A stretch of 62,910 nucleotides of DNA, filler included, from Rhabdomonas costata (Eukaryota): NCBI GenBank assembly GCA_019059605.1. It is 29 parts of 29 records of this genome, joined end to end, with 100 filler letters (N's around TTAATTAATTAA, not from the genome) between each part and the next. Parts side by side here need not be neighbours in the genome. Positions count along the whole stretch, not along the records: positions 52,163 to 54,235 come from JAHMHO010005884.1; positions 54,336 to 56,407 come from JAHMHO010005885.1; positions 56,508 to 58,579 come from JAHMHO010005886.1; positions 58,680 to 60,751 come from JAHMHO010005887.1; positions 60,852 to 62,910 come from JAHMHO010005888.1; 24 more parts are not named here. The stretch is one strand, 5' to 3'. Every line of letters starts with the position of its first letter. Positions within the stretch are counted from its first letter, which is position 1. The notes under the pieces are model-generated. The model was not told where the DNA came from and searched no databases. It saw only the letters and a list, made by a program, of their open reading frames with translations. Both the position numbers and the translations under genes were made by a program. Of this stretch, positions 52,194-62,910 are shown piece by piece.

Positions 52194-54235
52194 TTGTCTC
52201 AAGATGGAGATGACGTGAATATGCATCTCGTAGCTTGCAGGTCGAAGAAGTTGACAGGTTCAGAAAATAACTACCCGGTGCACGAGAAGGAGATGTTGGA
52301 GTTGGTTGACACTTTGGAGGAGTGGAGACATTATTTTCTTGGAGCAGAGGTGAGATTTCAAACTGACAACACTGGCAACCATGTGGGTTGCAGGAGACGG
52401 TTTGCCAGCTTTGAGGTGGAGCCCAGAGCGCTTTGTACATATTGAGAATTCTCTCTCAGACTGTAATCAGATGAAGTTCAGTTCACATAAGGAGCCTTTC
52501 TGTGAGCAGAGATGTGGTTTTGTTGGGAAATTCGATTGGGGAAGAGGATTTCGTATGGCTAAGTGAGCGTTGGCCCGATTTAGAGATCAGATCTGTTTCC
52601 AGCATTCGTGGTGGTGAGAGTAGCTGTTCAGTACCGTTGTTCGTATTGCCGCTTCAGATTACAGAACTTGAGTGGAGTGGCTTTCTCGAAGATTTGTCAG
52701 ACCATCCCCCTCTTTTAGCCGTTTTTGTTCCTACCTTTGGTGATTGGTACTAAACAAGTGCGAGCATTGTTTGACTCATGTGCTTCAGACTCTTTTATTA
52801 GTCAAGATGTCGTTGGCGAGTTGAGGTTGCAGGTACACCCCCTGCAGCAGAAGTTGACAGTAATAGTAGCCAAATGGGAAGGTTTGCCTGTGACGCACTT
52901 TGTTCGAGTTCAGGCCAGATTGGGACAGATGCCAGTGAAATTACACCTGCGAGTAATTAAGACAGCGATCCCAGTGGTACTGGGGTACCCGTTTCTGGCG
53001 AGGTTGCAGCCGCACATTGATTGGAGGAAGAGGTTGGTGCTTGTTTGAATAAAGGGGAGGATCTACGAGATCCAGGCGCTTCCAGCGGCAGACTCTTTTA
53101 GTATCACATTGCCCACAACGGGAATTTTGGAAGCTGAGTTGGAGGATAGTGGAAGTCCATTTCATGGTGAAGGGGTGAGGATTGCGATTGATGTGGCGCC
53201 CCCACTGAGAGAGGTGAAGACCCCCATGCTCAGTTTAGCAGGGGAGAGTTCACGGTCTGATCAAGCGGTTGACACTAAGCGGAGGGAGACTGGTGAAGGT
53301 GTTGGGAGTGGACACCACCCGCGGAGATTTCAGTGCTGCAAGACGAGATGGTTGAGAACGAAGAAGTAGCAGGAAGTGAGGTGGAGGAAGTCGTGCCTAC
53401 GGATGAAGATCAGCGAGCAGTGACAAGAGCACAAGAGCCAAAGTGGAAGACGAAGAGAAGTTTGCTGAATTCTACAAGGAAAGAGGTGGAGAAGCTGATC
53501 AAGGAGGTGAACCACAGTGTGTGCGGCCACCCCTGTGCAGTAGTGCCGACACCACCAGAGATTGGGGAGTTGAATAGGGAGTTCGCAGACATCTTTCCAT
53601 AGAACGTTCCAGGTGGTTTGCCGCCAGCGAGGAAGACGTATCACAGGATTGATCTGAAGCCGTACAGCAAGATCCCAGCGCAAATGTTGTATAGGATGTC
53701 GCCAGCGGAAGATATGGAGCTACATAAGCAGCTTAAAAGTTTGCAAGAGCTAGGGTTCATTGAGCCAGCCACGTCTCCGTACGGTGCGGGAGTGCTGTTC
53801 GTACCGAAGGCGAATGGGAAGTTGAGGTTGTGTGTTGATTTTTATCCGTTGAATGCAATCAAGATCATAGATTCGTATCCATTACCTCGCATTGATGAAA
53901 TGATTGATTACGCTGGTAAGGCTAAAGTGTTTTCAAAATTATATTTGCATGCAGGTTTTTATCAGATTCGTATTCATCCTGAGCATGTGGAGCGGACAGC
54001 ATTTACGACGAAGTACGGCAAGTTTCAGTTTTTTGTGATGCCGTTTGGGTTGTGCAATGCGCCAGCGAAGTTCCACAGGACGATGGACTTCATTCTGGAG
54101 GATCTGAGAGAAACGACTGGAGCATATGTGTATGACATCTTGGTGCACACTTACACCATGGCGAAGCACGTTGAAGCGTTGAGAGTGTTGTATAGTATAT
54201 TGCGGAATGAGAAGCTGTTTGCTAATCCCGAGAAC
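52194..54235 (+). mobile_element. pol: Degenerate Ty3/gypsy LTR retrotransposon pol fragments (RNase H-like, aspartic protease, reverse transcriptase)
   Basis: RH: SKKLTGSENNYPVHEKEML...WRHYFLG...TDN (52194 to about 52380). Protease: VRALFDSCASDSFIS...VVLGYPFL (about 52737-53048). RT: SPYGAGVLFVPKANGKLRLCVD...YPLPRID...VMPFGLCNAPA...YVYD (53618-54235). Contains stops and a damaged YxDD. Confidence 0.93.
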
Positions 54236-55017
54236 NNNNNNNNNNNNNNNNNNNNNNNNNNNNNNNNNNNNNNNNNNNNTTAATTAATTAANNNNNNNNN
54301 NNNNNNNNNNNNNNNNNNNNNNNNNNNNNNNNNNNTCACGGGTCCCGGGCCATTATCGCGCAGCTGCTCTTTTCCAGCGGCTACCGTTGCCGCTCAGGTC
54401 TCTGGGACTTCACACTCCTTCCTTGGGGTCTGGGGCCTTTTCTCGCGGGAATGACCATTTGGAAATGCGTGTGTATGTGTCTGTAGTTTGTATATTTTTG
54501 TTTGTTTGCTTGCTTTCTTGCTCGCTTGCTTGCTTGTTTGTGCATGTGCGTGTGCGTGTGCGTCTGCGTGTGCTTATGCGTGTGCGTGCGTGTATCCGAT
54601 CTAAGAATGGTTTTCTTCTCCTTCCTGCCTTTCCTTTTGGTGACTGCTGATCTCCTTAGCTGAAACCTAAATTGTTTCTCCTGTGCAATACGCCTGGTGA
54701 GGATACGGATTTGCTGTTTGGGCTTTCTATGAAAAGCAAAACGGCAGTCATTCTTAAGAGTGTGGGTGAGTGTGGTACTCTCGTTCCCCAGCTAGCCAAA
54801 TATTCTGTACGACAGGTCCAGGCAGCGCATCCTTTTTTCGCGCCAGTTATCGGGGGCGGTGGTCTTCGAGACACCCCCGCGCATTCAGTGCATAGCAAAA
54901 ACTCGGGGCACCTTCAAACACAACAACACATGGCATCTCTTCCCTTCTTTTGCCACATTCCAGAAACCAGTCTTCTGTATGCGAAGAGGTGCCACCCCGC
55001 CCATACCGAGCCCATAC

Positions 55018-55229
55018 AGGTGCTCCCGCACGGCGAGGCTGCCGCACAGCTCGCACACTGCGGAGCAGCCGTGGTACGCCACCGCCGCGGCGACGGTGGC
55101 GGCCCGGCCATGGGCCCCCAGCGCCGCCACAACGCACTGCATAGAGCCCAGCGCGGAGAGCTGCCGCGGCAGCAGAGGGCTAGGCACGCAGCACGCCAGC
55201 ACAGCGCAGGCCTCCGCGGTGACCCCGGG
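55018..55229 (-). CDS. Armadillo/ARM-like repeat exon
   Basis: AG/GT exon PGVTAEACAVLACC...LSALGSMQCVVAALGAHG...VAYHGCSAVCELC. Resembles the ARM-type G....VV.AL..H...V...GC.A...L pattern. Confidence 0.55.
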
Positions 55230-56623
55230 CTGAGGGAAAATAACACACACTCACAAACACACCCTGGACCCCGAAAAAGAAAATGCAGCGCTACTCACCG
55301 AAAAGCACTGGTTAATGCAATAAACGCGATTTGCATTGGCGCACAGGCTCACGCCTCGCTTCTCTGGGCCCTGTCTTTGGCATTGGTGAGCTGCGTCTGA
55401 GCCTGGAGTTGGATGGGCTGGTGTAGCGCAAACGCTCGTTGATCGTCACAAGATACTCATCTCACGAGTTTTGGCGAAAGCGGTGCCCCGGGGTACCGGC
55501 TCACCGCCGCTGTGACTTCGTCAGGACCGTGGCTAGCTTGTCTCCTGCCACCCTGATTTGCTGGGCTTGTATTGGTTCTGCTGATGCCTATCGGGAGTTA
55601 ATGGCTCACACATACCTCGTCTTGGCAAATGCCATGCATGCCGCCTCTTCTGGATGCCCGGTGTTGGGGTGTATTGCTGCAAACTGCGCTGTCCTCATGT
55701 GCGTACGTCAGCAAATCCAAGAACTTCCCACGTAGCGCAGCAATTGTAAACAATGCCACGGCGCGGGAAAGGCGAACACTGACACGCCAAACCGGTCGCC
55801 AGAACTCGGCTGCATCTTCCGCCTTTGATACCACCACTATATAAAAAAGGTGTCACTTTTATGACCGACCCTTTTATGAACTCCGGTATTGGTTGCGTGC
55901 CTCTATGCAATCAGCAATATGCAATCCTATCCAACACCACAACTCCTTCTAAGTTACCAAGGAGTTTGAATTCCGGGTCGGGTGGGTGAATATGAGTGAA
56001 AGCGAGCCCAAAAGCTGGATGAATGCAGGTCATCAGGAATAGGTGTCCAAAAACTTTTTGGGGTCGGTATTACTTGGTGTGAAAAACCTACCTAACCAAA
56101 AGGCCTTTTTGTTCAGGATCAAAGACAATGTTCCAGCAGTCCGAAACCTGCAAGGGCAAAAAAGAAACTAAAAGAGAGTGAGGGGGGGTACACAGACAGA
56201 AATACGCTGCTTGCAGGAAAAAGAAAGAATACCGATAAAAGTTCCAGAAAGACAAACAGACGGAAACAGACGGACGTGGGCGCACGCGCCAAGGCACAGC
56301 GCCCGAGAAACCTCGGACTACACGGCCCGACCAGGAAGGCACGAGTGATTCACCCAGGGGAAAAATGGCAACCATCAGTGCACAGAAACACCAAACACAC
56401 CCACCACNNNNNNNNNNNNNNNNNNNNNNNNNNNNNNNNNNNNNNNNNNNNTTAATTAATTAANNNNNNNNNNNNNNNNNNNNNNNNNNNNNNNNNNNNN
56501 NNNNNNNGGTTTGGGTGAGTGGTGTTTGTGTGTGGAGAGATGCGGTGCAGCCGTGGAAAGGAGGCTCTGTAGGACGGCTTCGGCAGTCCCTCCTCTTCCT
56601 CCGTGCATCATCCTGCGTCAGCG

Positions 56624-57996
56624 ATGGCGACCCCCTCCCGCAGCTGTCGGTCTGATAATACGGAAGGCGGCCACCAGGTACACTTCGAGGACGAAGAGGG
56701 CTACTCCCAGAGGGGAGCACCTCCACCCCGAGGCAGGCCGAGGCCTGCCCCCCATACCCCTCAGGGCGCCCGGCAGGTGCAGGACAGCCCAGTGCGGGGG
56801 ACAGACCCAACCCGCGAAGGTATGGGCCCAACTGATCACAGGAGTACTTCATGCTGGCACCGGAGTGGGCCGGAATGCTTCGGTTTAGAGCCACGCTAGA
56901 GGCCATTTCAGGGCCGTTTTGGGGTATTTTTGAGCCCTTTTTGCCTAAACAAACTTGCAAGGGCCCTTTTTGGCCCTTTGCAGGCCTGCGTACTGATAAG
57001 AGAAAGAACTGTAGGCTGGCGCATCGTCCGCCACCTGCACGCCGGTGTGCCAGCAACGATTTTATCTTCTTGTTGCTGCTTTATATGGTAGCCCTCGGGC
57101 CGTTCATTTTTATCCACTCCACCCCACGGGACCCAACCCAAGTACAATGCCTTCGTCTTGTACCTTCTAGATATATTGACCACGTCAAAAGAAAAACGCC
57201 ACAGCTGAAAAAAGACAAATGCACTAAATTAATGCAATTAATGCATCAATGCACTAAATTAGGCATTGGACTTGGAAGCTAAAAAGGGTGGGGAAAAACC
57301 CTCAAATATACCTAGTCTCTTTAACTTTTTTTTGGTCTATTCCTATTCTTTGCGTCCCCTACCCTCTACAGAGAGATGACAGAGGCCACATCTTTTTTCT
57401 TGTCTTTTTTTCTTGGACCCACCTTTTCCGTGCATTACTGGAGTGTGATATGAGATGAGCAACAGCTTCATAATTTGGGGTGTTTCGACTACCTTGTTGT
57501 ACCCTTCGATCACTTGAGCCTATACGACAATTCTGGAGAGGTGCCTACAACCGTTAATCCGTCACGGCAAGATGATTAACGAAATCCGGTGTAGTGCCGC
57601 CGTCTGTGGGGACCCACGGGTCAGAAACACAGTTCCGCAAAGTCGCCTTCTTCCGTCTACTTGTTCTTTCCCGCAGAGGTTGAGGCCTGCGAAGTCGAGC
57701 TGGAGCAGCTGCGGCGGCAGGTATCCGAGCTCCGGGCCAGAGTGCGGGTGGCAGAGACCACGGTCTCCCGGGCCCTGCACCGGGCCCGCGGGGGCGGCAG
57801 TCAGCAGCACTACGTGTATGTACTGGTTGACCGCGACGTGTATGGCTGTGATAAGTTCTTTGTGGGAACCCGTGCCGTGCCCCCGGAGTGGGCGGCGTAC
57901 GTGTTTCTGAACTGTAACTCGATCAACAAGCCCCGCGAGTACCCCGCGAACGATTTTGAGGTTGTGGAGACGCTGCTCCCCCGGCAAGGCACGAAG
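56624..57996 (+). CDS. Coiled-coil protein with a possible GIY-YIG-like motif, 5' part
   Basis: Exons 56624-56819 and 57677-57996 joined in phase 1. Coiled coil ELEQLRRQVSELRARV is followed by HYVYVLVDRDVYGCDKFFVG. Confidence 0.55.
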
Positions 57997-59159
57997 GTCG
58001 GATGACACACTCTTTCCTCCACTCACCCAACCCCCGAGCTGCCCTGTCTCTTCGAGTCTTGGTATCACCCGCCGCGATGTCCCCCCACTTCTATCCATGT
58101 CCCGGAATGGTGTCGGATGACCACGCCACTTTTGGTCATTTCTACGAATATTCACTCCACTGATGCATTCAAAAAGTGAGCAGGCAAAGGGTTGCGGAAG
58201 ACGTGGGCTCTTGCTTTCGCAGCAACATGCTGTGCATCATGTCCTCTCAGGTCACACCTCACGATAAAAGGATCAGCACAAGAGCGATTTGGGGGAGAAT
58301 GTCTCCGATGCAGTGCCATCCATTGTGCATTGTGGTGCATTGTGGACTGTAGAACCTAAATCGGTTGAAGGCACTTGCGATCAACAGGCTAAATGGAATA
58401 TTTGAGAAGCCGCAGAGAGCTAAAATAAGGAAACCTAGAACGAGGAGCACTGTTACAGGCTTCTGATGGCTTTTTCAGTGCACTTTGGGCGCTCATCACA
58501 ACGCAACTCTTCTCCTCGTATTGCATATGATTTTACTTGGCCGTAGCACCCGCAGGCTTGCAACACCCTCCCACAAAACNNNNNNNNNNNNNNNNNNNNN
58601 NNNNNNNNNNNNNNNNNNNNNNNTTAATTAATTAANNNNNNNNNNNNNNNNNNNNNNNNNNNNNNNNNNNNNNNNNNNNGTGTGAGACGAAGCGTACAGA
58701 AAGGATCCGAACGTCTCACGCTAAGACCAAACATTCCCCTCGCTTAACACAGCAGCTTCCTCGTATTCTGAATTTTGGGTACAAAGTTTGGTTTTTCGAA
58801 CCCCCCCCCCCCCCCTTCCTCCAGCGTACAGGGTAATTCATGCGCACGATAGAACACTTTGCAGGGGGTCAGAGGGCAATACATACCCGGTACATATGTC
58901 CCCAGGAATTCCGAGGTGCGTTTTTCTGGATTCGCTGAACTGTTCCCCTTTGTTTTTATTGTCTTCGGGAAACAATCCCACAACTCAGAAGAGATGTCTA
59001 CATTTTGACTTGGGACAGAGAGAAGATGAAAGGAGGATGGAACTGGGCGCAGCGGAGCCTGGGGGCTTTCCGGGGGTGGGGAGTTCACATGCGATATTTA
59101 TGCTGAAGGTCGAGAGATCTGACCCCAAAGTTCCGAGAATTTTTCAGGGAAGTGCGCAT

Positions 59160-60463
59160 TGTGCTCTCATTGCGCACCTTGAAGGGCACGGCGGTGCTGG
59201 TGAACGGCAGCACGGGTCCCAGGGTGAGCTCCTCAGGGCTGACGACTAGCGAGATCTCTTCGCCCACGCCTCGGCAGTCTACCAACGCGGGCCGAGGGTT
59301 GGTGGCCATCTTGAACACCACCTGTGGGGGGCAAGTCCCATCTTTTCTTTATTTTTCTTGCCTGCTTGCATACCCGAAGGACATTCCATAAAGCAGTGGG
59401 GTTAGCAACCACTGCGCTCAAAGGAAACCACAGCATACCGCCCGTAAGTTAAAAAGCAATCAATAATCAAAAAGCAGAATGCAGAACTACCCTGTGTACA
59501 AAGGGAGCGCCTAATAAAGGTGGAGGAGCGTTGGAGAGCGTTTTCGTGCGCTGTGTCTGTAGAATTTTCCGCAAAGCGGACTGCGTATGAAGAGGCTTTG
59601 ACCTGCTGGCTGGCGGCGACGCCCTCTGATGGCACGAAGCTGATGGTTACCGTGGAGACCTCGCCGGGCTGCAGGACGCCGTGGTCGGGGGAGCAGTGGA
59701 ACAGAGGACGGCTGCCGCCCTTGCTCTTGGGCTTCTGCGAGAAGACAAAGCCCTCTTCTCACTCCGCTGTACCTCCAGCGCCAGCACTAACCCATGCGTC
59801 ACACTGGGAAATGGACGTGAGCATAAGCGAGAGTGAGTGGTTTGTGGTGGGGGTGCAGCTGTGCCAAATATCCGAATATGCCTAATTTTGCTGTTATCTT
59901 CTTCAGTTGCGCCCTTTTCTTTTGGTGACCCACACAACACGGCTGCACTTGTTCTTGAAAGGTAAGGATGGTCTGGTGAGGAACAGGCTTGAACAGGCGT
60001 GAACGAACTGTGCGTGTGTGTGTGTGTGTGGAGGGGGAGTGCTCAGGCGCCTTCTCTTCGCGCAGGATGGCCACCCACTCGCAAGGCAGGGGCTTAGTGT
60101 TGCTGAGGTGGACCGGAATCAGCTTGGTCTCCCCAACTCGCACCGTGCCGAAGTCCAGCTTATCCGCCGAGAGGCTCAGCGTGGGGATCATCACCATCGC
60201 CCGCACCTCAACCAGCACCAGAGGCCCCCCCTTGATGTCCACGGGTACGGTCAGGGCGAAGGGCCCCAGCCCAATGCTCTTCTCTCGGGTCTCCAGGGTG
60301 AGCTCCAGGGTGAGAGAGGCGCACTGCGGGTACCCAGGCAGCTTGGCGATGCGCTCGGTGGAAATCGAGACCCCAGAGCCCGCCATCGCGCGGCGGTCGA
60401 ACACCACGGAGACGGGCGCAAAGCTGGGGTTGGTCACCTTGAAGGTCTTCTTGCGAGTTTCTC
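59160..60463 (-). CDS. HYDIN: Hydin (axonemal central-pair protein, ASH domains), partial
   Basis: Exons 60463 to about 60051, about 59752-59603, and 59321 to about 59160: GETRKKTFKVTNPS...ERIAKLPG...IKGGPLV...IPTLSLSADKLDFGTV...LSNTKPLPCEW...FHCSPDHGVLQPGE...FVP...LTLGPVLP. Collinear with hydin as recalled. Confidence 0.88.
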
Positions 60464-62661
60464 CTGAGATCCAAACCGTAGGCCCCCCGCTTAGCGGTAG
60501 TTTTCAATTGACCCCATACCCTTTTCTGAGATGCACAAGAAAATACGGGAGGGTTTTCTCGCTCATATGCGTAAATTCTGGGGCCACGCTTGCTGTGGAG
60601 CCAACAATCTCCGGCAGCCGACAGCCCTGAACAATCTCCATTTTCAGAATATACAAAAAATGCTCAAGTGATGCTAAATATTTTCATCAAACCTCACTAT
60701 CAATTTAAGGATATGTCAAACTTTGACACCACTCAGACCCTACCCAAAAACNNNNNNNNNNNNNNNNNNNNNNNNNNNNNNNNNNNNNNNNNNNNTTAAT
60801 TAATTAANNNNNNNNNNNNNNNNNNNNNNNNNNNNNNNNNNNNNNNNNNNNGGGGGGGTTGTGGATTATGTAACGGGCGTTTCAATGAAAGGCATGAATC
60901 ACAACGCGAACAGGGAGAGGATCGACAAAACAGAAGAAAAGTATGACGAATCAATCGCGGAGCCCAAACCGTGCTCAGGGCAGAGAGAAAGCATTCCCCA
61001 CGTGAGTGCAACTTCAGCGGCGCTGTCGGCCAGTCCGCATTCCGTGGTGAGAATTTCTTTCGCCTTGCTCTGTGAGGCGACCAAATGAAAAAGGTTTGGG
61101 TGAATGCAACTGCACAGGGTGCAGCATCAGCGAAAAAGTATTCTTAAAAAGGCTCAAATATCAAAGAAAAGTGTGAAGCATAGGGTTCGCGTGCAACAAA
61201 CAGATGCTGAATCCTCTGAAAACCCGACAATATACGTGATTACCCAGAAAATTCTCTCTTCCTGGTGCTCTGTGCACATGAGGTATCCCTCGATTTTCAG
61301 CTACCTCCCCACTTCCCGCAAAAAAAGACGCCGGAGACATGCTGGCGTGACGGGTGAGACCTCACACGGGCCGGAATGCGTGGAAAACGTAAACGTACAA
61401 CTGGACAAAGAGAACGCCAACGAAGGCCACGAGTGATAATCAGGATCACCTAAACCAATCTGATAAGAGGCCGTTCACTTGCGCCCGCTTCAGCACAATC
61501 AAATTGGCCACCACGTTAGTACTGCACAATAACACGCCACGGGCGCGCGCGCGAGCAAAACCCAACACTCTGCAATAAAAACAGAGGATGGAGAATGAAC
61601 CACGAGCCGCCAAAAATAATCAACGCACCAGTTTTTATCTTATATCACCGAAAGGAGCTTTGATTTTGTAGTTTTGCGCGCCTGTTTGGAAGGGACTCTG
61701 GACCTTGTTCTCGGTTGGATGTGTACCTTGGAACTGCTACCTGCATGCAGGCTAACAACGTCCTCTCAAGTTGTAGTGTCCGCGCTCAATAATACTAGGT
61801 TTCTAGTGTAAGATGTCTTGTGGTTCTGACCGAGTGGTCCTGCGCCCACGTGCGGCTTTCTCACGCGCGACTCGTAAGGTCCGTTTACCACTTCCTCGTC
61901 TAAGACTGATGTTGTTGAATTCCTTTGTAATTCCATTCCCGAAATTGCCTCTCCGCTACACATCTGGCGGCGACTGGTGCCATTGACGATGTAGCGGTGG
62001 AACCGGCCTGGTAGTATTGGGCCCTCAAAAGGTTTTGAGTACAAATCTGTGGCCAGCGCTTTCCACCGTGACGCCGCAAATCGGCTTGAACGCCTCCACT
62101 CGCTATGCTCGGGTTCCTGGGCCACCAAACTGCCCCTGGACCACGCGAAAGCACAACGGCCAAAGAGTTTCAGGGACTTGCGCGTTTACGGTGGGTTTAC
62201 CGTTTCTTTCCGTTTCCAGCTGTGGTGGCGGCGTATTAGGGGAACGGGTGCCCCTCCAGCCCCTCCTGCGCAGGTGGCGGGGCAGGAGGAGCAGGAAGGC
62301 ACTTGCTACGCAGTGCTTTGGCCAAAGAGTTCAATCTGGAGGTGATATCAACTGGTGGTATCAAACGATGGTTTCCATTTCTCTATGACTCACTGTGTGA
62401 TCTTTGCTTTCAAATCTAATCTGGCGCACACGTTTTCTTGTGCAGATTACATGCGCCGCTTTAGAGCCGGATCTGGGCGCCGCGCGATTTTTCGCTTCCC
62501 CATGTTTGGTTGATGTTTCTTCTTTGCCCCTAAGCTTCAAGTAGCAAAAAATACTTCATCACCGATGAATAAAAATCAGAAGAAAAACCAACCAGGCCAT
62601 GGAAGCCATGATTCAAAAAACAGGGTGTCACGGACACCGCGGGCAACCAGGAATCAGACAT

Positions 62662-62738
62662 GGCCGGTCTTATGTCTGAGTGGCCCGGGGGCCGGGCTCG
62701 TGGCTGCAAGGTCGCGGGTTCGATTCCCAGACCCGGCC
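62662..62738 (+). mobile_element. tRNA-derived sequence (SINE head or tRNA pseudogene)
   Basis: A-box-like TGTCTGAGTGG, B-box GGTTCGATTCC, and acceptor-like pairing GGCCGGTCT/AGACCCGGCC. The anticodon arm is poorly paired, and a GC-rich tail follows. Confidence 0.6.
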
Positions 62739-62910
62739 GGGGCGGGCCACGCCAAGACGAGTAGACGGAGGCTCCTGGTTCCCATCCGCCGCCAGTGTGA
62801 AGCGGAATGGGCCGGGTGCGGAACGGGGTCCGAAACAAAGGGCCCTCATCCTCAACTTTGTCGTGTCAACGAAACTCAGGGAGGAAATTTTTCAATTGCC
62901 ACCAAAAAAA

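Noticed and set aside
59989-60630. 213-aa plus-strand ORF
   Set aside because: Antisense shadow of the hydin exon.

Overview
This window is not contiguous. It holds 29 unrelated eukaryotic contigs of about 2.07 kb each, joined by 100-nt spacers (N44-TTAATTAATTAA-N44). Most contigs start with G/T-only and end with A/C-only tails, and several have terminal fold-backs; both point to whole-genome amplification. The source appears to be an intron-rich, GC-rich, flagellated protist using the standard genetic code (euglenozoan-like is only a weak inference). Spliced gene fragments I could reconstruct by hand: TRIM37, Na+/K+-type P-ATPase, QTRT1, VWA8, EAPP, HYDIN, a four-jointed/FAM20-like kinase, FN3, LIM, SAM, C2 and ARM proteins, and an intronless F-box-ankyrin gene. 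Mobile elements include decayed Ty3/gypsy pieces, a candidate TA-flanked MITE and a tRNA-derived SINE-like head. The best finding is a frameshifted endogenous RdRp from a positive-strand RNA virus (motifs F, A and B readable) on the minus strand at about 9.7-10.5 kb. Other notable points are several GC-AG and GAG-acceptor introns, a Ty3 element with RNase H upstream of protease-RT, and a diverged tandem duplication at EAPP. All homology calls come from recalled family motifs, not database searches.
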